From the NCBI GenBank assembly GCA_963745835.1, contig CAVUZH010000016.1:192001-256000 (forward strand): 64,000 bases of DNA, given 5' to 3'. The notes under the pieces are model-generated. The model was given only the letters and a program-made list of their open reading frames with translations, was not told where the DNA came from and ran no database searches. Positions 50,420 through 59,031 of this stretch are shown here, piece by piece; positions within the stretch are counted from its first letter, which is position 1, and every line of letters begins with the position of its first letter. Source of the DNA: an uncultured delta proteobacterium. Its GTDB lineage: Bacteria > Desulfobacterota > Binatia > UBA9968. The translations under genes and the position numbers were made by a program.

Positions 50420-51373
50420 CTAACTGAGTTTCGCCAGCTTCTGCAAACAACGAAGCTCCCGCGGCGGCTTTAGATGTTGACCCATAATGGTCCAGGAAAC
50501 CTCGCCGACATAGATATCGCCGCGCGAATCTATGGCAATCCCGTGCGGCGCGATGAATTGACCTGGTGCTTCGCCCGCATTGATATCACCGAGCCGGGCC
50601 AAGCGGTTGCCTGCCTTATTATAGATATCCAGCCGGTGCCCGAGATTCGGCGCATCCTTATTCACCGAATACCCCGGCCCGAGTTCGCCGACATAGCAAA
50701 GCGGATCTTGGCGAGCGCCGTCCATGTAGAGAGCGCAAGGACGATGCATGTTGTTCCATTGGGTTTCGTACTTGCCGTTGGGATCAAATATTTGGATGCG
50801 ATTATTTTCGCGATCCGCGACGTAAACCCAACCGTCTCGATCAGTGCAGATATTATGGACAATGTTGAACTGCCCCGGATCGGCGCCGGACTCTCCCCAG
50901 GACAGCAGCAGCTTCCCGTCGGGTGAATACTTGTGAACCCGCGAGTTGCCGTAACCGTCGGAAACGTAGATCTCTTCCCTGGGAGACAAAGCCACGTGGG
51001 TGCAACGATTGAAAGGCTCGCCACTTTGGTAAGGCGCCGGCTTGCCCGCCATACCGAGGGTAAGGAGAATCTTGCCATCCAAAGTGCATTTGCGCACCGT
51101 GTGATCACCGTCATCGGTAAGATAGATCGTGTCATCGCGCCCCATGGTTACGCCGTGGGCGCGTTTGAACTTGCCCTCGCCCCAGGAACGCAAAAAATTG
51201 CCGTGCCGGTCAAAGACGATCACCGGATGCGCGCCCCGCGTAAAGCAGTACACATTATCGTTCTTGTCGACGCCGACGGAGGCGACTTCATGAAAAGTCC
51301 ACCCATCCGGAAGCTTGCCCCAGCACTCGATTACTTCGTAGCGAAATTCTCCGCTGCCTAAAATGACGCTCAT
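50420..51373 (-). CDS. NHL-repeat beta-propeller, peptidyl-alpha-hydroxyglycine amidating lyase (PAL)-like
   Basis: YVSDGYGNSRVHK, VHNI, VADRENNRIQIFD, APHGIAIDSRGDIYVGEV. Confidence 0.85.
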   Translation of the reverse strand: MSVILGSGEFRYEVIECWGKLPDGWTFHEVASVGVDKNDNVYCFTRGAHPVIVFDRHGNFLRSWGEGKFKRAHGVTMGRDDTIYLTDDGDHTVRKCTLDGKILLTLGMAGKPAPYQSGEPFNRCTHVALSPREEIYVSDGYGNSRVHKYSPDGKLLLSWGESGADPGQFNIVHNICTDRDGWVYVADRENNRIQIFDPNGKYETQWNNMHRPCALYMDGARQDPLCYVGELGPGYSVNKDAPNLGHRLDIYNKAGNRLARLGDINAGEAPGQFIAPHGIAIDSRGDIYVGEVSWTIMGQHLKPPRELRCLQKLAKLS

Positions 51374-51416
51374 AAATCTTTTTCCTGACCGCTATCGATA
51401 AGCGAGCGGCGGTTTT

Positions 51417-51731
51417 TCATTCCGCCTCATGAGCATAGACTTGACGCCATGCTTCGAAACCGCCGCTCATGCTGGCGACATTCTTAAAACCGTTCTCGAT
51501 CAAGTAGGCTGCCGCGCCGAGACTGCTGTTACCGTGATAGCAGTAAACCACGACCGGCTTTTGTTTGTCCGTATTCTGAACGAACTCTTGCACATTGCCG
51601 TCGTGCAGATGCAGCGCTCCTGGAATGTGCGCCGCCTGGTAAGAGCCCGGATCGCGAACATCGACGAAAAACGCGTTTTCCTGATCGAGCCGCTCTTTGG
51701 CTTGGTGAATCTCTATCTGCGGAATCTCCAT
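51417..51731 (-). CDS. glpE: thiosulfate sulfurtransferase (single-domain rhodanese)
   Basis: VDVRD, HIPGA, VYCYHGNSS active-site loop, GGFEAW. Confidence 0.88.
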   Translation of the reverse strand: MEIPQIEIHQAKERLDQENAFFVDVRDPGSYQAAHIPGALHLHDGNVQEFVQNTDKQKPVVVYCYHGNSSLGAAAYLIENGFKNVASMSGGFEAWRQVYAHEAE

Positions 51732-51847
51732 ATCATTTTCCTCGCCTAATGATGTCCTTCTATCAAGGCCCATCGGCACTGTCCACAGCGTTGGGATTTC
51801 CCGGCTTCCATATGCCGCGGGCAACTCAGCTGCTATAATCCGGCGCC

Positions 51848-53044
51848 ATGAAACTTTCCCCGCTCTGGTTTTTTTCTCTCGCTGCGGTGTGTTCGATTGC
51901 GGGTTCATCGGGCGCGGCAATGCTCGCGCCTTTTTCCATGTCGGCCCGTGGCTATTCCGTCGCGCTGGCCGGAATTCCACTGGTTGTCAATGGCGCCGGT
52001 CGGGTCTGCTCAGATTTGTCATCGGGCGTGCTGGCATCGTATTTCAGTTCCGGCATGCTGATCATTGCCGCCTCGCTGTTTGCGCTGATCATCAGCAGCC
52101 TGAGCATTCTCTTTCTTCACACCACCGCGGTTTTTCTCGCCGCTTTTACATTTTTAGGCATGACCGAAGCGATGTTTGCCCTATCGATCCGCAAGATCGC
52201 CTTCGACAAGTCCGAACCAGGACAACAGGGCCGCGCTCAGGGGCAAGTTGCATCGGCTCTCGGTATCGGGTTCGCCATAGGTCCGCTGCTGGGCGGATTT
52301 GCCGGGAAGATTTTTGGACCCGACGCTTTGTTCGTGGTGTATGCCGCGCCGCAACTTTTAAGCTTGTTGTTTCTTCTTCTCGGAGGCGCCCTTCGTTCAG
52401 GCAAGATCACTCAAGAGCCTTCCGTCCGAATCCTGCGCGAAGGTCAGAAGCTGCTCAGCTCTCCGTCCTTCCTGGCCTCTTGCCTGGCGATCTTTCAATC
52501 GTTTCTCTTTCTGGTGGGAGTTACCCGGGTGGCCTTTCCCTTCTTGGCCGCCAATCAACGCGGCTTGGGGCTTGATTGGGTTGGAACCATGGTTTCAATC
52601 TCCCGTCTGGCCGATACAGCCGGGCGTTACAGCGGCGGTTGGTTATGCGATCGTATCAGACCGCAGCGGGTGATTCTGCTGGGTATTCTGATTGGCATCC
52701 CGATGTTTGTCCTGCAGGTTTACGGCCACGGAGTAGCGACACTCCTGATTCCTTTGTGCGTGATGACCATGGGGTTCGGCTACACCAACGTCGGCGCCAC
52801 CACGTTTGCGTTGCAATCCGCCGGCAGCGCCGGCAAAGGGCTGAGCCTCGGGCTTAGCCGTGCGTCCACTTCAATGGGCCAGATGCTGGGCCCGTTGTTA
52901 GCAGGGTTTCTGGTAGAAACGCTCGGCTATGAGCATGGATTTGAAACCATGGCGGCCATTTCCGCGGTGGTGCTGTTTGTCGTCTGGACCGGCCTGAAGA
53001 AAAAACCGGCCGGAGCCTTTACGGACACCGGCCGGTCTAACTGA
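51848..53044 (+). CDS. MFS transporter
   Basis: about 12 hydrophobic segments, GPLLGG, GWLCDRI. Confidence 0.85.
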   Translation: MKLSPLWFFSLAAVCSIAGSSGAAMLAPFSMSARGYSVALAGIPLVVNGAGRVCSDLSSGVLASYFSSGMLIIAASLFALIISSLSILFLHTTAVFLAAFTFLGMTEAMFALSIRKIAFDKSEPGQQGRAQGQVASALGIGFAIGPLLGGFAGKIFGPDALFVVYAAPQLLSLLFLLLGGALRSGKITQEPSVRILREGQKLLSSPSFLASCLAIFQSFLFLVGVTRVAFPFLAANQRGLGLDWVGTMVSISRLADTAGRYSGGWLCDRIRPQRVILLGILIGIPMFVLQVYGHGVATLLIPLCVMTMGFGYTNVGATTFALQSAGSAGKGLSLGLSRASTSMGQMLGPLLAGFLVETLGYEHGFETMAAISAVVLFVVWTGLKKKPAGAFTDTGRSN

Positions 53045-53064
53045 CCAAAGATACTCGGATCGCC

Positions 53065-53856
53065 CTAGCGCAAACCTTTGAAGTCTTCGCCCAGGACAAG
53101 ATCTTTCAGATAGGCGATGCTGTCATTGGCATAGCCCACCTGCCCGGCCTTCTCAGCGCGCCAGGCATCGAGGTATTTGAGAATCTCGTCCAGCGGCAAC
53201 ACGTCGGCATACTTCTGGTTCATGTCGAAAAGATTGATAGCATGACAAGCCTCGTGCCGGTCAAAGACGCACTCTTCGGCAACGATCATGCGCAACCGAT
53301 TGGTCGTTCCATCGACAACGCTGGCGCGCACACAGCCGCTAGTGCTTTCGCCGCATGTGAGCACCGTGTCCACCCCTAGAAAATTTAAGTGGGCGATTAG
53401 GGGCGTACCCCAGAAGGCGCTCGGTGATACCTTTTTCAACACCGTCTCTCCAGGAATCGGCTTAACCTGATCAACGATATCGAACTTTCGCCGCTGTCGA
53501 TCGAGCTGTTCCTGGTTCATGTCAGCTCGTTTAGTCTTGTCGCGCCGAAATGCCCAAGGTTCGATGGCGACGCCGTCCATCCCGGTGATGTGAATAACCG
53601 GAATGCCGACTTCCCGCGCTTTGCCGAGCAGCTTCTGAATGTGCGGCAAGGCATTCCATCCTGCCAGCCCGCAACTTCCCGGCCAGGTTTTGATCGCTTC
53701 TACCACAGGTTCCGGCTTGTCGCCGAAAACCCACCGGTAGAGATCAATCAGCAGCAACGCGGGCCTTTCGCCGAAGCCGATTTTGCGCTCAGCCCTTCCG
53801 ACCAATGTGGCTTTATCTTGTTCAGTTAAAAAACGGTCCCATACTCGCTCAGCCAT
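53065..53856 (-). CDS. isochorismatase-family cysteine hydrolase (N-carbamoylsarcosine/maleamate amidase-like)
   Basis: GFGERPALLLID, K..PSAFWGT, GESTSGCVRASVVD, DMNQKYADV. Confidence 0.88.
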   Translation of the reverse strand: MAERVWDRFLTEQDKATLVGRAERKIGFGERPALLLIDLYRWVFGDKPEPVVEAIKTWPGSCGLAGWNALPHIQKLLGKAREVGIPVIHITGMDGVAIEPWAFRRDKTKRADMNQEQLDRQRRKFDIVDQVKPIPGETVLKKVSPSAFWGTPLIAHLNFLGVDTVLTCGESTSGCVRASVVDGTTNRLRMIVAEECVFDRHEACHAINLFDMNQKYADVLPLDEILKYLDAWRAEKAGQVGYANDSIAYLKDLVLGEDFKGLR

Positions 53857-54027
53857 AGAAGATCTCCTTTGTTTGTTAGAGTGCTCGGTCGTCTGTGATG
53901 ACTGGCAAACTATCACTCACTTCGTGAGAGCGTCAAGAAACCCGTTGTCGCCACAATCACATAAAATTGCCAGGCTCATGTCGACTGACTCGCTGCAGGT
54001 ATTTCAATTCCTACTCGGTCGCTCCGT

Positions 54028-54153
54028 CGTGTTTGGAAGGCGATGTCCGAGATCGCGGCGGGCGCCAATCCTCCAGGGCAGAAGATCACATCACTGGCAT
54101 ATAGCTTACGCTACCTCCTTACGTCTGCCCCGCCCGCGCCCTATTCAGACGCG
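54028..54153 (+). ncRNA. candidate structured small RNA
   Basis: nested stems 54028-37/54144-53 (three G-U pairs), 54058-64/54131-37, 54076-82/54124-30; CCUCC motifs in unpaired regions. Confidence 0.35.
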
Positions 54154-54207
54154 AATCCCCCCTTATCTCTTCGTTTGAAAAATTATCGATTAGGGCGTAG
54201 GTTTTTT

Positions 54208-54236
54208 TTGCCTAAAGCCGGGACCTGCGCTATACT
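54208..54236 (+). promoter_or_regulatory. sigma70-type promoter giving a near-leaderless protease mRNA
   Basis: TTGCCT-N17-TATACT, 14 nt before GTG 54251; no RBS. Confidence 0.55.
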
Positions 54237-54250
54237 GCGCGGCAGTCACA

Positions 54251-55216
54251 GTGCAACTCATCATCCTTTCAATACTCTTCTGGCTCGTACTGGCATCCCC
54301 TGCAAGAGCTAGTTACCTGACCGCTGCCGAACAGCTTAAAGGTATCGGAGCCTCATTTAGCTGGCACGATGTCCGATCCCGAAGCTTAAAGATCGTCGTT
54401 GAATATCAAATGAACGGTGAACTCAAACGAGCCAATCTCGGTTCCGGTTTCCTGATCTCGGCCGATGGACTGTTCGTTACAGCGTATCACGTGATGTCCT
54501 ATTGCTTGCTTAATCAAAAGAGCAAGAGCCGCTTCGCCGAAACCGTTGATTGCTCGATTGCCAATCCGCGGGCGCGCTACAAAGCTCAAAATGGCGATCA
54601 GGAATACGAGATACAGATCCTGTCGCATCTGACGGAAGCGGATTCGACCAGCGGCAAGAAGCAGCATACGCCGGATGAAATCATTAAAAACAGAGACTTT
54701 GTCATTGGCAGGCTCAAGGCCGATGTGCAGACCCGTTTTTCTCATTGGGAGCTGCGGGATTACGAACAGGGCAAAATCAGCCTGAGTAAGCCGCGGGCGG
54801 ATTTCGAATTGAAGCCGTTGCGGCCGCCGAGGAAAGTCTTCATCGTCGGCTACCCCCGCGATGGGGAGTTTGAAATTGCTCATGGATTCTTGAATCTCAC
54901 CGACGAAAAACATCGCGGCTACTTTGCCGCTGACTACAAACTCTACGAACCCGCCTACCTAAAGACCGAGGGAATCGAACCCGACACCAAGTGGGGCATC
55001 GCCGTTGCCAATCACATGAGCGGCGGTGTGGTGGTTGATGCCCTCGGACATCCGGTAGGGGTCGTCGTCAACGGCAACCAGAATACCGCCGGAGTTCTTT
55101 CCATCGAAAATGTATTAGAAACTTTCTTCTCGCGAAAACGCGATTCCGAGTCTCAGCCAAAAGTCATTTTGACGCCTACCAGCACGCCCCTGTTTCTCAA
55201 ACGCGCGCCGAATTGA
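54251..55216 (+). CDS. secreted trypsin-like (S1) serine protease
   Basis: signal peptide, GSGFLIS, TAYHV (His), DFVIG (Asp), HMSGG (Ser). Confidence 0.75.
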   Translation: MQLIILSILFWLVLASPARASYLTAAEQLKGIGASFSWHDVRSRSLKIVVEYQMNGELKRANLGSGFLISADGLFVTAYHVMSYCLLNQKSKSRFAETVDCSIANPRARYKAQNGDQEYEIQILSHLTEADSTSGKKQHTPDEIIKNRDFVIGRLKADVQTRFSHWELRDYEQGKISLSKPRADFELKPLRPPRKVFIVGYPRDGEFEIAHGFLNLTDEKHRGYFAADYKLYEPAYLKTEGIEPDTKWGIAVANHMSGGVVVDALGHPVGVVVNGNQNTAGVLSIENVLETFFSRKRDSESQPKVILTPTSTPLFLKRAPN

Positions 55217-55484
55217 GCGGCGTCGGGTCATAGTACCAGCTCAGAGTATCTGCTTCATAAAAGCTCGCTTCCAGCCAATGCGCCAATCTCGTAAGTAGGC
55301 CCTCCAGGCCAAAGGTCTGGGCGGAGCCGATCTCACCAAATAAAAATCGGCTGTTTACCGACGCGCTAAAGGGCGCATTCAAATTTTTACTGACAGCCTT
55401 TATCCTTAGGAAACTTCTCGATATCTCGTTCAGCACTGCCCAATCCTGTTGAACCTGCGCTTTCGATAGCGCTATAGTCGGCTC

Positions 55485-56000
55485 ATGAAACAGCTCATTC
55501 CGATCGATCTCGCCGCTGTGGTTGACGAAGTCAAGGCTGAAGGAAAAGGACGGCGCGTCTTGTGGCAGGATTCCGAGTCGCTGGCGTTTCTCAGCAGCGG
55601 TCGCAAGGAGCGCAAAGATTTCCACATCGACCCCAGCGATGAGGTCACTTTGCAGCTGAGCGGCGTGCAGAATCTTGTCTATATCGACAGCGAAGGCAAG
55701 CAGCAAACCGCGGTCATCAAAGCCGGCCAGATGCTGCTTTGCCCGGGCGGCGTGCCGCACTCGCCGCGGGTTGAGGAGAACTCCTGGTTTATCGTCTTTG
55801 AAAGAAAGCGCAAAGGCGGCGAACAAGATTACTTTACCTGGTATTGCGACAACTGCGGCGAGAAGATTTATCACGTCGCCATCGAAGTCGGCGATTACCG
55901 CCAGGATCCGGTCTCCCAAGTGCATCGAAGATTTTACGATGACGAAAGGCTCAGAACGTGCACAAAGTGCGGTCATACCATGCCGGTGCCGCCCCCGTGA
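55485..56000 (+). CDS. 3-hydroxyanthranilate 3,4-dioxygenase-like cupin
   Basis: RKDFHIDPSDE (His/Glu), PHSP, ERKR, rubredoxin-like WYCDNC...CTKCG. Confidence 0.8.
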   Translation: MKQLIPIDLAAVVDEVKAEGKGRRVLWQDSESLAFLSSGRKERKDFHIDPSDEVTLQLSGVQNLVYIDSEGKQQTAVIKAGQMLLCPGGVPHSPRVEENSWFIVFERKRKGGEQDYFTWYCDNCGEKIYHVAIEVGDYRQDPVSQVHRRFYDDERLRTCTKCGHTMPVPPP

Positions 56001-56797
56001 GAGCTAAGAACAATCTAATCTCAAATCGATTGGCGCAACAGCTGAACAAGCTGGCGTCGGCTTATGGCGCGGCTGAAGCCGAGGTCGTCGGCGCGTTTTT
56101 CGCCGTGCCGAGACGGAAACAAGACCACCTGCGCTGGCTCAAAGCGCAAGGGTTCAAAGAGTATTCGGCGATCAAGCCGATTTTGGACGCCTTGACTCAA
56201 CTCTATTCGGATATCGATAACGGCATCGCTCGTCATGACTATACCGAATTGACGGAAAAACTCGCCGACGAAACCAAGCATGCACGTTTGGTCATGGACC
56301 TGCTCGAGGAAATCAGCGGCAAGAAAATTAAGCCGCGCGATCTCACATGGCTGCCGCAGGACCGCAAACTGGCCCGGGTGCGGGGCGGCTATTCGAAAAC
56401 CTACGCAGGACTTTTACACGGGTCAGCGAAGGTGACGTCAAAGGAGATGCGTCGCAAAGACGAAGAACTGGAACGCGCCGCCATCACCCTGACAGAAGGC
56501 GGTGGCGGCGCCTTATATCAAGTCTGCGGCAGGCTGAAGAAGCGCGGCATAGAAGAAAAAATCGCGGCAATATTTCGTGAAATTCTCCAGGATGAGCTGG
56601 AACACAAAGACAGCGGTGGCCGCTCATTGGCTACCCTGGTCAAAGATCAAGCCTCATTCCGGCGCGCGGCGCGAATCATTTGCGAAGTCTCGCGCCAACG
56701 TCTGCGGATGCGCAACGAACAGTTCGGCTTTCCACTAAGCGAAGCACAGATGAAGATGCTGGACGAACGCGCCCGGCAATCGGTCGGCGGCCTGTGA
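55997..56797 (+). CDS. ferritin-like (diiron four-helix) protein
   Basis: KE..., DETKH, TE, DELEH (ExxH pairs); GTGA overlap with the upstream gene. Confidence 0.7.
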   Translation: MRAKNNLISNRLAQQLNKLASAYGAAEAEVVGAFFAVPRRKQDHLRWLKAQGFKEYSAIKPILDALTQLYSDIDNGIARHDYTELTEKLADETKHARLVMDLLEEISGKKIKPRDLTWLPQDRKLARVRGGYSKTYAGLLHGSAKVTSKEMRRKDEELERAAITLTEGGGGALYQVCGRLKKRGIEEKIAAIFREILQDELEHKDSGGRSLATLVKDQASFRRAARIICEVSRQRLRMRNEQFGFPLSEAQMKMLDERARQSVGGL

Positions 56798-57666
56798 TGC
56801 TTCTGCTGTTCTTGATCGCTTTCTTAAGCTTGCCGTTTCATTCCGCGTCAAGCGCCGTCGAACTTCCTCCTCTGAACGATACTATCAATGATCTGGCCGG
56901 CATGATGCCCGAGCCCAGCTATCAAGATCTCGAAAAGCGCATGAAGCGTTTCAAGGCCCGGAGCGGCCATAGCGTGGTCGTCATCACGCTACAAAGTCTC
57001 GAGGGTGAAGACCCCGAAAGCTTCGGTGAAAGGGCTTTCCACAGTTTACCTCTGGGAGAATCGGATCTGAAAAAAACGATTTTGCTGATTGTCGCTCGTA
57101 AGGAACATGCGGTTAGTCTGCAAACCGGCACGGAGCTAAAAGAGTTGTTTCCCGAACCCACGGCGCGAGAGAAACTGCAGAAGCATGTCGATTTGTACTT
57201 TAGCGGCATGCGTCCGGACCTGGGAATTCATTCGGCGGTCTTCTTTGTATTTAGAACCATCCGAGGAGAAGTCAAAATGGATCGCTCCACCGAGTTCGAG
57301 AAGCTCGAGGAGGCGTCGACCCAGGGTGCTGAGGCCGGGCCGATCTTCGCGATTTTCTTAGCGCCGTTTCTGGCCTTCTTTATCGGCGCGCTTTGGGGAA
57401 TCTGCTCGACCAACTATGGCGTGCAAACTGCCGTCCGCCTAACCATCGGCGCCGTGCTCGGTGGCGGTACCGCTAAGGTGGTCGCGGGTTTGATGGAACT
57501 AATGGGCGCAGTGAGTGATGGTTTGTGGTATTTCATTCTCATCCTAAGCATAGCTCTGGCAACTTTCGGCAGCCTCACCGAGTTTTGGATGGCAGGCGAT
57601 TGGCGCGGCATACCTAGACTCAAGGATCCCATAGCGCGCAAACCAGAAGACAAGATGGGGATCTGA
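56797..57666 (+). CDS. TPM domain membrane protein
   Basis: signal peptide, INDLAGMM, VVITLQSLEG, ILLIVA; C-terminal TM helices; TGATG overlap. Confidence 0.75.
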   Translation: MLLLFLIAFLSLPFHSASSAVELPPLNDTINDLAGMMPEPSYQDLEKRMKRFKARSGHSVVVITLQSLEGEDPESFGERAFHSLPLGESDLKKTILLIVARKEHAVSLQTGTELKELFPEPTAREKLQKHVDLYFSGMRPDLGIHSAVFFVFRTIRGEVKMDRSTEFEKLEEASTQGAEAGPIFAIFLAPFLAFFIGALWGICSTNYGVQTAVRLTIGAVLGGGTAKVVAGLMELMGAVSDGLWYFILILSIALATFGSLTEFWMAGDWRGIPRLKDPIARKPEDKMGI

Positions 57667-57730
57667 AATGAAGTGCCACGTAACAAGCTGCCAGATATCA
57701 GAACATTGCGTTGAGAATTTACGCCAAAGC

Positions 57731-57809
57731 CGTCACCCCCGAATGTCTTAATCGGGGGGTCCAGCTCCGGTCTCGCCTGGATTCCCGATAGAAGCATTCG
57801 GGAATGACG
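57731..57809. repeat. inverted pair of CGTC-tagged REP-like palindromes
   Basis: CGTCACCCCCGAATGTCTTAATCGGGGGGTCCAG on + and CGTCATTCCCGAATGCTTCTATCGGGAATCCAG on -; each has an internal hairpin. Confidence 0.75.
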
Positions 57810-57855
57810 ACTCTATAACTTCTGAGGCCACCTAAAGCTCTATCGGTCACGCACA

Positions 57856-58839
57856 GTGACTTTACTCGCAATAACCGACAAGCAAACGGCCCGGCCGGAC
57901 GTCACAGAGCGGTTAGCCATTTCCCGGCGCGAGTTGCTGCGGCTCGCCGTCGGTGCCGGAATCTTCATCAGCGCGGGAGGTGCGGCCATGGGAGCAGCCA
58001 CTTCATCTAAACCGATTTTAACCAAACCGATTGCGCGCACGGGCGAATCGCTGCCGGTCATCGGTCTCGGCACTTGGCAGACTTTCGATGTTGGATCGGC
58101 GCAACCCGAACGCGCGCCCTTGCGCGAGGTTTTGCGCGAATTTGTCCGGTTGGGCGGCACGGTGATCGACTCCTCGCCCATGTACGGGCGATCCGAAAAC
58201 GTTGTCGGAGATCTCGCCACCGAACTGAAGCTCGACGGTAAGCTCTTCGTCGCGACCAAAGTTTGGACCAGCGGCCGCGAAGCGGGCATCCGGCAGATGG
58301 AAGAATCCATCCGGCGTTTGCGCGCCAAGCCCATCGACCTGATGCAGATTCACAACCTAGTCGATTGGCGCACCCATTTGACCACTCTGCGCCAGTGGAA
58401 AACAGAGGGGAGAATTCGCTACATCGGCGTGACGCACTACACCGCCAGCGCTTATGACCAACTTGCCCGTGTGCTCGAAAGCGAGGAACTCGATTTCGTT
58501 CAGCTAAATTATTCGATTGCGGAGCGCGAAGCCGAGCAACGGCTTCTGCCGCTGGCAGCTGATCGAGGTGTCGCAGTGCTGGTTAACCGTCCGTTTGCCC
58601 AAGCGCAACTGTTTAGCAAAGTCAGAGGCAAGCCGCTGCCGGCCTTTGCCGAGGAGATCGGTTGCGCAAGTTGGGCGCAATTTTTTCTTAAGTTTGTCGT
58701 CTCCCATCCGGCCGTCACGTGCGCAATACCGGCGACCAGCAAAGTTCAACATTTAGTCGATAATATGCAGGCCGGCATGGGCCAGCTTCCCGCTGAAAAA
58801 ATTCGCCAGCGCATGGCGACGTACGTTGCCGAATTGTGA
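57856..58839 (+). CDS. aldo/keto reductase with twin-arginine-like signal
   Basis: SRRELL, IGLGTW, IDSSPMYG, ATKVW, DLMQIHN, IPATSK. Start uncertain. Confidence 0.88.
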   Translation: MTLLAITDKQTARPDVTERLAISRRELLRLAVGAGIFISAGGAAMGAATSSKPILTKPIARTGESLPVIGLGTWQTFDVGSAQPERAPLREVLREFVRLGGTVIDSSPMYGRSENVVGDLATELKLDGKLFVATKVWTSGREAGIRQMEESIRRLRAKPIDLMQIHNLVDWRTHLTTLRQWKTEGRIRYIGVTHYTASAYDQLARVLESEELDFVQLNYSIAEREAEQRLLPLAADRGVAVLVNRPFAQAQLFSKVRGKPLPAFAEEIGCASWAQFFLKFVVSHPAVTCAIPATSKVQHLVDNMQAGMGQLPAEKIRQRMATYVAEL

Positions 58840-59031
58840 TTCGACGATGAACAGAATGACGGGTCGCTATTTTCATCGACCTGCCATATTCTCGAGCTGA
58901 CTTCACTGGCAAAAACGCTTTACAAGAGCACGAGCGCAGAGTAGATTTCTCACCGGCGCCGACGTTCGATCGGACCCTCCCATATCGATACTATTTTCAC
59001 TAAATGTCAGAATCACTCCGCCGTAGCCCTC

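Noticed and set aside
54043-54312. 89-aa ORF upstream of the protease
   Set aside because: Overlaps the protease promoter and start, with no recognisable domain; RNA structure explains the region better
55197-55976. 259-aa minus-strand ORF
   Set aside because: Mostly antisense to the 3HAO-like gene; a short real ORF at its 3' end cannot be excluded but has no support
58860-58960. RVAIFIDL fragment resembling a NYN-domain start
   Set aside because: Preceded by a stop, no start codon or further motifs; too short to support
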